In this document: positions 51,840 to 64,000 of the stretch, in pieces
Numbering within the stretch: the stretch's first letter is position 1
How the letters are laid out: each line of letters opens with the position of its first letter
Source of the DNA: Octopus sinensis
Taxonomy: Eukaryota
Length of the DNA: 64,000 nt
NCBI RefSeq assembly: GCF_006345805.1
Contig: NC_043002.1
Location: 37,944,001-38,008,000 of the forward strand
Direction: 5' to 3'
The notes under the pieces: generated by a model
Told to the model about the DNA's origin: nothing
The model's input: only the letters and a program-made list of their open reading frames with translations
Database searches by the model: none
Program-made: the position numbers and the translations under genes

Positions 51840-52271
51840 ATATTTTTTTAAATGTCTTACTTTGAAAAATTGCATTCGGTGGGATTAGTAATATTTTTGG
51901 TAGAAAGACTAATTGTCCCTCTTAGCGTTTGGCATGTATGTATAATGCCTTCTGGCATGTATGTATAATGCCCTCTATATATAAATTAATATGTTCAATA
52001 AGAAATAATTATTTTCGAAATTTTTTCTCTTATGAGGTTTTTACGCTATCTACCTGACAATTTCTTGTTAAGTTTTCCTTATTAAGTAGTTGTCCTTAAT
52101 TGCTAAATTTTTATTCCGAAAAAACTTTTCCTCTCCCGAAATGCAATTCGTAAAAGTTTGCCATTTATCCGGATGTAATATATGTAAACTCACCCATGTG
52201 CTTCGTTGATGTCGAGCAGTTAGCTGATCGGCTTAAGCGGGGCAGGGTCATTGTTTATTTATAATACATTC

Positions 52272-52319
52272 AGGCCTGCTGATGAGTACGTAAGTATGAA
52301 ATCACTGTGATACAGGTCT
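52272..52319 (+). ncRNA. Type I hammerhead ribozyme, copy 2
   Basis: AGGCCTG-CTGATGA-GTAC-GTAA-GTAT-GAAA-TCAC-t-GTGA-TA-CAGGTCT: 7-bp helix I, GNRA-capped helix II, near-palindromic helix III, AUA site with cleavage after 52312. Confidence 0.88.
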
Positions 52320-52646
52320 ATATTTTTTTAAATGTCTTACTTTGAAAAATTGCATTCGGTGGGATTAGTAATATTTTTGGTAGAAATGACTAATTGTCCC
52401 TCTTAGCGTTTGGCATGTATGTATAATGCCTTCTGGCATGTATGTATAATGCCCTCTATATATAAATTTATATATATATATATATATATATATAGGCATT
52501 ACAATACAAAATTAGTGTAGTAATATTATACATTGCTACTACTGTTTCTTACATGATGCCTATTCACACAGTACATTTTCATCTACCTCATCAGGCCTTG
52601 CATAACATCTTAGGCAGATGTCTCCACTAGCAATGTCTTGCGAGGG

Positions 52647-52850
<204 letters not shown>

Positions 52851-53809
52851 TTGGTGGGCATCCACAGATTTCTGTAAACCAAATTCTCTCTCATGCATAC
52901 ATACATTCTTATACATACACACTACAAATATATCTATATTACAAATCTCTATCCATTATATACTTAACTTTATCTAGTTCTTTCGTTTAATTTCCTTCGA
53001 CTATTTATCACTGTAACACGATGTTTTAATGCATTTGTTTAAATTTATATGTCTTCTATTGAGATTATAAACTATGCTTGATTCGTAATTTTTGTGAGCC
53101 TGTCGCTCAAGTAATGTAAGCAGCATTAGAAACACTTCTGTATCAGGTAATTTTTCACCCTTCATTGTAATATTAACTGATTGTCGATTCACAAAATAAC
53201 AAAAGGGAATTATTAATATACTATACTCTCATTCATTTATTTACTTATCTATTAATTTGCGTGTAGTTATAACAAATTACTTTCGTATTGAAGACTCCTC
53301 TTATAATTTGATGTATTTGTTGAGGAATTCCTATTCATAAAATATTTCCAGCATTGAAACCGGCGTGGGATGTATCAGAAAAAAATTTCCGTGTATCTAT
53401 TCAAAATAAGTTTTACAATTTCCAATTTCGTAAACCAAATCATATATTTTTATACAGAAATTATACTTCAATTGTGTGCGCAACAGAAACTATAATTGCG
53501 TAACAATATATTGAAATTGCTTACTTTAGTTTGTACAATGCTGAATGCTGAGCAATATTAAATATTGATGTCTAGCAAAGACGCAACTCCTTAAATTCTG
53601 GAGAGGGTCAAATAATCGATTTTTCTCGATCATCTTACTTAACTCTTACGTAATGTATCGGGTCTCAAATAATGAAACTCACTGTCTAATCTAATTAATT
53701 AAACCTAAAATTGTGTACGAGCATAAATAAATGAGACAATATTTTTTTACGTCGCACTCCCGATCCCGTTAGTCAGACGTAAGGAGGTGTCATTAAATCT
53801 TTGTCTTCT

Positions 53810-54174
53810 ACTGTTATCAGTCACTAATCTGTGGCCATGCTAGAGCACTGCCTTAAAGGTTTTGGTTGAACAAATCAATCCCAACACTTATTTTCCAAGT
53901 CAGCACTTTTAATATCAACATTTTTTGCCGAACCGCAAACTTACGGGGACGTAAACAAACTAACACTGACGGAGAAACAGAAACACACACACACACACAC
54001 ACATACAGATATATATACACGACCGATTCCACACAGTTTCTTCCTGATAGATTTACTAGCAAGGCATTCGTCAGTCCGGAGATATAGAAAACTCTTGCCT
54101 AATGTTCTGCATTATGGGACTGAATATGAAATACGTGATTTTCAAAGTGAGCTTCTTACAACCATGCCTGCACC
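53810..54174 (-). mobile_element. SINE family B, diverged
   Basis: The reverse complement contains the head remnant and the tail GGCAGTGCTCTAGCATGGCCACA. Confidence 0.6.
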
Positions 54175-55578
54175 CATGTGTGAGAAAATAAATGTGAGAA
54201 AAATTAAGCATGCATGGGCATTTACATATCTTTAGCTCATAACATTATAGGCGTTTATCATAAAATACCACTTACTGCAAAATGAGACATTGTAGGGATC
54301 GTACATGCTGTGGTAGCAAGGGCTGTTTCTTTTATACAGAGCATTTCAGAAAATTTCCTACGTTGTCTGTAATTCATTACGCAACAATTTTGATGTCTGA
54401 ATTATTGTATACTAATGTTTTCTTATATGCAAACCCACACACATAGAGCCGTGCACTGACACACTCGCATGCAATCTCTCACAAACTAACAGACACACAT
54501 AAACATATACACTCAAACATATATATGTGTGAGTGCATAAATTAGTGTATTATTGATAAGAACCAAGAAAAAATTATTCAATACATGTAGAATATAACTA
54601 TTTTGATTTCCCTAATATCGAATTTTCACGAATATCAAGTCAACTAGACGGCTGATACTGGTTTATACTGGTACTGTGGCAATATGGTTTTCCTGGTTAT
54701 AACATCTGCACTTAATTTGTTGTTAAAATTATGTCAATTTTTATTTTGACGACCACTTCAGGGTGCTGGAATATAAGCAGATGAAGAAAGATGAGCTATT
54801 TTAAGGATGCTTTGTATAATGATAGGAATGTCGTTTGATATGTCATTTGTTTTATTATTTAATACACACACATGTATATATATATATATATATATATAGG
54901 TAATGTAACCATCTAAGGGATAGAAGTATCCATAGACACTCCTGGTATTACTTCAGTATGTATGGTCCTTGTCATAAGGTGTACGGTAGTAGGTAAATTA
55001 AAAGAAAAAAAGTTTAATATATTTAAGAAATGGAGCAATAAATATCAGCGAGAAGTGGATCAATGGTGTTATAAAATATGTATTTACCTCGTTGCAATTG
55101 ATAGACATCAAAAGGAAAAAAGAAAAGAAAAGAAAATGTTCGTTTATTCAATAGTCTTACATTTTGTTGGGGTCCATTACTGAATATATTAGCTGGAGGA
55201 TAGAAGAGAGTTGGATTTAACCGACTCTATTCTCTTCTATCGTCCAACTAATATATTGGATTATGGGGCCCCACTAAAATGTAAGACCATTGAATTAGCG
55301 AACATTTTCCCTTTTTTCCTCTCCTTTCTGTACATTTTCTTTCTATTTTCCTCTTCTATTTATCTTTGCCATATAGTCGTTCTGATGATGTCTATCAGTT
55401 GCATCGCGGTAAATGCAATTTTAGCCAAGACTGATATACTGAAACAGCTGTAAACATACTCTCATTTTAATTAAATAATGACTTTATAACACCAATGATC
55501 CACTTCTCGCTGTTATTTATTGCTCCATTTCTTATCGTCTTTATACATATACATATATATATATATATATACATACAA

Positions 55579-55780
55579 GGCGGTGAGCTGGCAGAAACTT
55601 TAGCGTGCCGGGCGAAATGCTTAGCGGTACTTCGTCTGTCGTTACGTTCGGAGTTCAAATTCCACCGAAGTCGACTTTGCCTCTCATCCTTTCGGACATA
55701 TATATATATGTAATCGACTTAATTTGTCTGTCTTTGTTTACCCCACTCTATGTTTAGCCCCTTGGGGGCAGTAAAGAAAT
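55579..55780 (+). mobile_element. SINE family A, one repeat unit with an internal deletion
   Basis: Head plus unit as at 13225, ending AAAGAAAT then (TA)n. Confidence 0.85.
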
Positions 55781-55814
<34 letters not shown>

Positions 55815-55836
55815 CATACATATATACATATATATA

Positions 55837-55883
<47 letters not shown>

Positions 55884-55898
55884 ATGTATATATATACG

Positions 55899-55933
<35 letters not shown>

Positions 55934-57260
55934 TGTGTGTGTGTGTGTGTGGTGTGTGTGTTTGCGCGCGTGTTTTTTATGTGTGTGTAAGCATTTTCGA
56001 TGGTATATACTCAGCGTATGTACTTTGTTCACCGAATTCGCTGTGGTGTAGTGGTTGGGGATGAATCCCCTACAACGCTCTGTTACAATACCTGAAAGTG
56101 AAAGACAGGCTAGACGACTCACCTCGTGTCGGTTATCAATAACACGTACGTGAATCGAACCGGGAAGGAATCGAATCTTTTTAATACGTTATTTTGATTC
56201 ATTGTTGAATTCAATCTTACATATGCATTGCCGCGGTACATCATCGAACAGCTTTTGCACTATTTATATATAGTAGTAAACTGGCGATTCGATAGGATTT
56301 CATCTTTTCCTCACAAATGATATTAAAGCCGCATTCCATCCCCGTAAGACATTATACAATACAAAACGGATCAATAAATGAAATGAGAGTGAGACATTTT
56401 TACTTCATTTCACTTAAGAGGCAAAAGCTTGTAAAACACTTTTTCTACGCCCTCGGGTTCCAGTGACCAATTGTAGGTTCCAGTGATAAGCTCGGCTAAA
56501 TGACTGGTACTATATTGACTGCATGATTTATGTGGGAGTAACTTTCTCGTAGAAGAGGTGCTTTCCCCACTGCTTTGTCAAGTTAATTTTTCATCTGATA
56601 TCCATATGGAAGGAAAGAGAACAGTTAAATTAGTGCTGCAATATTTAATGAATTGAGCATTAAATATCTAATTACATATATTTAATGAGAAAAAGCGCAA
56701 ACCATATTTACTAAGGGACTGATATCGTTTTTGTCATTTACGGGAGAAATAAGTCTGAGCATAATTTGCTTTACTATTATATCCGCTTAGTAAGCCATAA
56801 ATTTTACCATACTATCCGATAAATGTTATTTTTCTCTCATCGCATAATTGCTTTTAATTAGGTATTAAATGTTCATAACATTAAACATATTTATACTTAA
56901 TTATTAAACAGTCATGTATCATGCATATGGCAGACTATTGAAGCGCAGAGTAGATGAAACCATAGCGACTGAAGAAGGGGTTTTTCTTTGTGTTAATTGT
57001 CCTGTACTCTATTTTTTTTTTGTTTAAAAAAATGTCCAGTTCCTTGGTTGTGTCTATGTTTTCGTTTCTCTATTGTGTTCGACGTCCTTTTGGTGTCCTG
57101 TACTCATATATGCGGTGTATATGTACATGTAGAGGTAGGTACGTACATATATGTTATATATATGCATATGTTTTTTGTATTTATTAATATAATATATATA
57201 TGTGTGTGTGTGAATGTGTGTGTGTGTGCGTGTGTGTGTGTGTGTGTAAAGTATAACTAT

Positions 57261-57637
57261 TTTGAATGACACAATGCCCTATAATACAAACAAGGAACTC
57301 TAATCTTTAAGTTCTCTGGGCATTTGGATGTAGCTTCCATGATTCCAGGAATCATCCATAATCTGATACGATATTTCGGAATAAAATTCCTTCTTCAGAT
57401 ATCCCTAGGAATTGATGGAGTCGTTGCTATAATCGGTTTTAAGAAAGTTTATTTGGCATCCGATTTTAGCACGTTTTTCAGATAGTTTGATCAACTCCCT
57501 AGCGGTTGCGAACTCGGCCTGGCCCAGGCGTAGAGATCGGAGAGTATTGTAGTTCGCTTGAAGCATTGTGTATCGTTTGTAAAGAATAAAAAATAATTTG
57601 AATGACACAACAATGCACAATAGTACAAACGATGGAA
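57261..57637 (-). mobile_element. Possible 5' fragment of another PLE
   Basis: Next to (TA)n; MLQANYNTLR..ARELIKLSEKRAKIGCQINFLK resembles the PLE N-terminal R.LE.L..K.A....I.FL pattern (recalled). Diverged ~37-bp direct repeats at both ends. Confidence 0.35.
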
Positions 57638-57659
57638 TATATATATATATATATATGTA

Positions 57660-57965
57660 TCACGTGATCACGTGACCGACAAGACCATCATATGTTGCTA
57701 CACATCGCTGGTCACAATGCGTTCGCATTGTTTTAGCCTTCGAATGACGCCACCCCGCTGGCTAAGCGAGCAGGCCAACAGAAGAAAGTGTGAGAGAAAG
57801 GGTGGTGAAAGAGTACAGCAGGGATCACCACCCCCTGCCGGAGCGTCGTGGAGCTTTTAGGTGTTTTCGCTCAATAAACACTCACAACGCCCGGTCTGGG
57901 AATCGAAACCGCGATCCTACGACTGCGAGTCCGCTGCCCTAACCACTGGACCATTGCCCCTCCAC
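57660..57965 (-). mobile_element. SINE family C, full length
   Basis: The minus strand has A box CCAGTGGTTAG and B box GGTTTCGATTCC; tail ..GGTCACGTGATCACGTG then TA. Confidence 0.85.
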
Positions 57966-57971
57966 TTTATT

Positions 57972-58187
<216 letters not shown>

Positions 58188-59088
58188 TATCAATATACAT
58201 TTGTATGAATCTTTCTGTGTATGTGTCTGTTCATAATTTTATCTATATCTGAAACACACACTGTCTCTCTCACCCACACATGCACGCGCGAACACACATA
58301 CACACACTCATACACGCAGATATATTTTACACGCACTAGGAGGAAACCACATATATTTGTATAAGTAAGGGAACCTCATAAGCTAGATCTGATATTGCCA
58401 ACTTCTACAACTATAAGTGTATTCCCGCTGTATGAAACGCGTTTCAGCTTGTGTTAGTTTTGAAAATAGTACCTAGGGTGTCTTCACAGATAAGCACATA
58501 ATTTCTCATAGAATGAAAAATCGCATGGGTGTCAGCTATAGACATGTCATCACCTCTCTCGAACTTCACATAGGATTACCTCCATCATATTGATTACCAC
58601 CAATTTTCCTCCTCTTTCATTCTCACTATTTTCACTTGTCGGTATCTTATATAACATACTTTTATTTGTCTTAGTTATTTTCTGTTCTTCTTACTCTCGT
58701 TTGTAAACAGCTGCGTGTATGCAACCCTCCATGATGTCATAGGATACAACAACATTCACTTTTCTCACTTTACCTGGGGTTTTGTTTTGTAAACTCATCG
58801 ATTGCTTTGGGCAAACGGTGTTTTCAGCCTTGGATATTACCAACTAACTGACGATTTAATGAATGTCTTTTTTTTTTTTCTCGCACGTAAATTATTCTAA
58901 TTTTTTGTTCTTGTATAGTGCTTTCATAACAATTATCTATATCAGATAGACCGACGACGCACGTGCGCATGATATTTAGATACGTAAATAATGATCACTG
59001 ATTTAAAAAAAAGCAAAACAAAACTTGCCTTGTTATCTACCCAGTTGATGAATCCCTAACACTAAAAAAAGAAACTGCAAATGTATAT

Positions 59089-59140
59089 ATCATCATCATC
59101 ATCATCATCATCTTCATCATCGTTGTCGTCGTTGTCGTCG

Positions 59141-59181
<41 letters not shown>

Positions 59182-59232
59182 GCAATCATCATCATCATCA
59201 TCATCATCATCATTGTCATCATCATCATCATC

Positions 59233-59273
<41 letters not shown>

Positions 59274-59330
59274 TATCATCATCATCAGCAGATATCATCA
59301 TTATCATCAAATATCATCATCATCATCATC

Positions 59331-59361
<31 letters not shown>

Positions 59362-59655
59362 TCAACATCATCATCATCATCATCGTCATCATCATCGTCA
59401 TCAGATATCATCATCATCATCATTTAAGGTCCGTTTCCAATGTTGGCATGAGTTGGACAGTTTGAATTTGACAGTTGCTGGTCAGTTGGAGAGCTGCCTG
59501 GGCTCCATGTTTGTTTTGGCATTGTTTCTGTGGCTGGATACCCTTCCCAACGCCAACCAGTTTACAGAGTGTACTTGGTGCAATTATGCAACACCAGCAC
59601 GGGTGCTTCTACCTTGCACCGGCATCGGTGTTTTTTATGTGGCACCGGCACCCTC
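59089..59655 (-). mobile_element. Retroposon 3' end (RTE/RTEX-type tail) with an expanded (GAT)n tail
   Basis: The minus strand ends GGAAACGGACCTTAAATGATGATG...; GGAAGGGTATCCAGCC motif upstream; (CAT)n fills 59089-59423. The family call is from recall. Confidence 0.55.
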
Positions 59656-59969
59656 GAGCCCGCAAAATTAGGAAAACTGAAGTGAATAGGGACGCAGGCA
59701 ACATGCCAGTATGCTAGGACGACCACGTATTTACTTAGCTTGACGTGTCTTCTCAAATACAGCAAAGCCTACTATCTACTATCATCTCATCTACAGTTTA
59801 CTGTCATCCCATCTGTGAAGCCGCATACACACACACGCGCATATACACACATACACATACACACATATATACACACATGTATGTATAAAAAAATCTGCCT
59901 GAGAAAACTGCCTTCAATAGGCAGTTTTCTCTAGTGCTAAATGCGTCTTTGAACGCATATATATATAAG

Positions 59970-60348
59970 CGCAGGAGTGGCTGTGTGGTAAGTAGTTTGC
60001 TTACCAACCATATGGTTCCGGGTTCAGTTTCACGGCATGGTACCTTGGGCAAGTGTCTTCTACTATAGTCTCGGGCCGACCAAAGCCTTGTGAGTGGATT
60101 TGGTAGACGGAAACTGACAGAAACCCGTCCTATATAAGTATATATATATGTGTGTGTGTTTGTGTGTCTCTGCTCGTCCCCCAACATAGCTTGACAACCG
60201 ATGCGGTTCGGCAAAAGTGTCCGATAGAATAAGTACTAGGCTTACGAAGAATAAGTCCTGGGGTCGATTTGCTCGACTAAAGGCATTGCTCCAGCATGGC
60301 CGCAGTTGAATGACTGAAACAATTAAAAGAGTAAAAGAGAGTAAAGAG
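59970..60348 (+). mobile_element. SINE family B, full length
   Basis: tRNA-like head, CORE-like ACCTTGGGCAAGTG, internal TA/TG tract, tail GCTCCAGCATGGCCGCAG..TGACTGAAAC..AAAAGAG. Confidence 0.9.
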
Positions 60349-60356
60349 AATATATA

Positions 60357-60410
<54 letters not shown>

Positions 60411-60757
60411 GCATAGATACGTACTCGTGCATCTATATTTCCATATGTGTGTGTATGTAGATAGCAAAACCGGAAAAATACGCACGCATAAGCAAGAACT
60501 TGACAAAACAGACATAGTAAACTACACACTAACAGAAACAGTTGCGGAAAATCATTGCTTATTCTACTGCTGTATGGTCAGCCACATTGATAAACCAATC
60601 AGTTGATTAACTAATTAATAAATTACAACTAAATTGCTGAACTACAACCAGTGAGTGTGATTTTATAGAGAGAATGACCTTTCCAAAGTACACGCACAAA
60701 TCTAGTCTCTCTCTCATCGTATACTGTATATGTTTTTGTGTATAAGCATGTGCCAGT

Positions 60758-60815
<58 letters not shown>

Positions 60816-61133
60816 ATTTATGTGTTGTCTGTTGGCGTGTGTATGCTTATACAATTAGATTTTTGCTATGAATCCTTATATAATTCAAACTGGCTGTGAT
60901 TGTATAAGATACGTCGATTCATTTTGTTACTTTGTATATATTGTGAAATGTTCTCAGTCCACAATAGTCTATGCTTACCTTCTCATTAAAGTAGCAGTAG
61001 CGTTTGTGCTCCACCAGTTTGCTCCTATCAGGAACACAAATATATCGAGCCTGGTAACTTAATGCGTATATGACTTTTGATAATTATAAATAAGCTTATA
61101 TTTTAGTGAGTTTAATACATTAAATTTACAGAC

Positions 61134-61372
61134 AGGAGTAGGAGTGGATGTGTGGTAAGTAGCTGCTTACCAATCATATGCTTCCGGGTTCAGTCCCACT
61201 GCGCGGCACCTTGGGCAAGTGTCTTCTACTATAGCCTCGGGCCGACCAAAGCCTTGTGAGTGGATTTAGTAGAGGCAAACTGAAAGAAGCCCGTCGTATA
61301 TATGTGTATATTATATATATATATATATAATATATATATATATATTATATATATATATATTATATATATGTG

Positions 61373-61404
<32 letters not shown>

Positions 61405-61595
61405 TGTTTACGTTTGTGTGTCTGTGTTTATCCCCCCAACAAGTGATGTTCTTGTGTTTACGTCCCCGTAAAAGAGAACGATAGGATAAGTACTAGGTTT
61501 CCAAGGAATAAGTGCTGGGGTCGAATAAAAGTGGTGCTCCAGCATGGCCACATTCAAATGACTGAAACAAGTAAAAGAGTAGAAAGAGTAAGAGA
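61134..61595 (+). mobile_element. SINE family B, full length with an expanded internal microsatellite
   Basis: Colinear with 59970-60348. Confidence 0.9.
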
Positions 61596-61828
61596 TAGAT
61601 TCTTTAGATACCGATTCTCTGTACTAAATGTATTTTGTTTCAGTGATTTTTCCTTCTTACATCGCTGCCTTTTGGCACACGCACACACGCGCGCATATTT
61701 AGATAATGTAGATATGCATGTATCGATGTGTTCATGTATGTATGTATGTATTTATGTACGTATGTATGTATGTATGTATGTATGTATGTATGTATGTATG
61801 TATGTATGTATCTATCTATCTATCTATC

Positions 61829-61899
<71 letters not shown>

Positions 61900-62073
61900 C
61901 ATACATACATATATATATTTACGTACACATTTATGTATATATATATATATGTAAACATACACACTAACCCCCAATCTCACTTAGTGTGTGTATATATACA
62001 TTTAGTGTGATGCATATAGGTATACATACGCACACGCACACACACACGCGCTCACATACCCATATACCACCCC

Positions 62074-62104
<31 letters not shown>

Positions 62105-63541
62105 CACCTTTAAATTTAACTGAAAACTCCCTTATATATACAAATATACTGGTGTATATGTGTCTATGCATGTGCTGCCTTAAACTTATTTGCTTTTTCT
62201 AAGACTAAATGCTTCAGTCTCTTTGAATAAGACACCCACTTGTCTGCAATACTTTTTTCCCCGTTTATAGCTGTTCCTCTAGTTACCACTACCGTCACTG
62301 TTGCATTGTTCACAATAATTGACTCTTATTTTCATATTTATCGATTTAATCTTTTGAATACCGAATCGATATGACGTTGCTAGAAGTTCAATGTATTATT
62401 ATTTATAAATAGGCTGTCTTTTGTGGAAGAAAAAAAATAATAATAAATAAATAAATCTATATAAAAAAACTCCCACCATAAAAATTATAAAGCTGTTCAA
62501 TCGAATCTATTGTAAAAACAATTATAGATTCATAATAATTACCAGATTCTTTTATCAAATCACGACAGCTTCCTCTCCCTGCCGTTAGGAATGCAAGCAC
62601 TATTCATTAAAATACTGAAGCAGAATTCGATCTCCAACGGCTTGTCTATGCATTAGAAAACGTCTTGACGATCGGGTCTTGAGCAAATTAGACATTAAGA
62701 TCCTTTCGTAAGCATTCAATGAAAAACGAAAATGAAAAGAAATATATGCGGAAATTAATAGACGCCATGGTGATCAGAAAAAACTGTCTGTCTCTTCTTA
62801 AACATAGCTAATGGACTTTGCCTTTTAACTAAGAATAATAAACTCGACAAAACCTAAAGAAAATATTGGACTAATTATTGTTTAGTCTTTCTGAACGTGC
62901 TCTTGGTTTCTTCCTTTTTATTCTGTTTTTTTACTTTAGTTTTCTTTCTTTTTAGAGCTAGTTTCTTTCTTTTGTGTCCGTTTTGTTCGTCACTCTTTGG
63001 TCTAAACCATAGATCAGAGAATGAATGGAAAAAAAGTTAACGAAACATATAACAGAACAACGACCAGTTTTTAAGACGACCGTTTAGAATACAATGAAAT
63101 GTACACAAATATTAATGTCAGTATGATTCAAAGTACACATAAGGCTTTGGCTTCTCATTAAAATATGGCTATCAGTTGGCGGGTATTCAACTTATTACCT
63201 GGTCAGTCTTCTGCAATTTGTAGTTTAACGGGAATCTCAGAATAAACTCTTTACCCAATAGAAATAGTAACCAAATCTCTTGTCTATCACTCGTTACTGT
63301 CTTAAAAATGCAAAGTACATTTGATAATGTACGCATTGTTACATGTCTGAAAAGGAAGATCAATTGCGATAGTTGGGAAGATTATGATAATAACTCTGCT
63401 TGAACAAAGCACACACCGAGCAGTAGTAGCATGAAATCTCTTAAATACACTATCCGAGTGCATATTATAATTCATTAGTATATCGTAGCTTGCAGAATTC
63501 ACATCCTTATGTGGTGTTAAAGCAATGTATATATATGTATG

Positions 63542-63585
<44 letters not shown>

Positions 63586-63588
63586 TAT

Positions 63589-63679
<91 letters not shown>

Positions 63680-64000
63680 ATATATATATATCTATATATA
63701 TATCTATATATATATATATTATATATATATACATAGACATTTATATTCAGTAACTACTCACCTCATGAATTTTCAGAAAATACTTTCCCGTGTATCAAAC
63801 ATTGTAGCACTAACAAGCCTATATATTTTGCAATTATTACTATCACTCTTTATATATATTGACACGGTTTCACAAGCAATATTTCCTTTAAAACAAGTTT
63901 GAAAGACAAACAAAAACTTCATCCTACTTGAAAATATTTATTGAAATAACTATTTAATTAACTGCAAAAATAGGTGTGCTAATTGCATTTCACATTTTGC

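Larger units (their letters stand above)
51311..52467 (+). mobile_element. Retrozyme-like non-autonomous element: inverted 259-bp arm plus ~1.9 tandem copies of a 480-bp HHR unit
   Basis: 51567-52046 repeats at 52047-52467 (period 480, about 4 differences). 51311-51569 is the reverse complement of 51840-52105. TA runs on both sides; no long ORF. Confidence 0.9.

Noticed and set aside
58381-58450. 14-bp palindrome TGAAACGCGTTTCA with upstream CTGATAT
   Set aside because: Core and helix II are too degenerate to call an HHR without other copies.
59037-59671. Poly-Ser/Asp/Met ORFs
   Set aside because: Translation of the (CAT)n tail of a retroposon.

Overview
AT-rich, microsatellite-dense eukaryotic DNA, very likely from an octopus; this is an inference from recalled octopus tRNA-derived SINE families and the (TA)n/(CA)n/(TACA)n/(AGAT)n load. 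No complete host gene is visible, only a few weak exon candidates, and almost all track ORFs are translations of microsatellites. Recognisable elements are a near full-length Penelope-like retroelement (PLE; RT plus C-terminal GIY-YIG, 47182-51059) with pseudo-LTRs, a 5'-truncated CR1/L2-type LINE, a second LINE 3' end, one Tc1 and four mariner relics, a non-autonomous Helitron, many SINEs and a ~1.08 kb tandem duplication. The main signal is a set of sequence-unrelated, mostly type I hammerhead ribozyme (HHR) motifs with palindromic or near-palindromic helix III. Each sits in a short element next to (TA)n tracts, and several show the tandem or inverted structure typical of PLE retrotransposition. 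They include a 480-bp tandem retrozyme-like unit with two HHRs right beside the PLE, which has its own HHR. All folds were assigned by eye; activity and novelty are untested.
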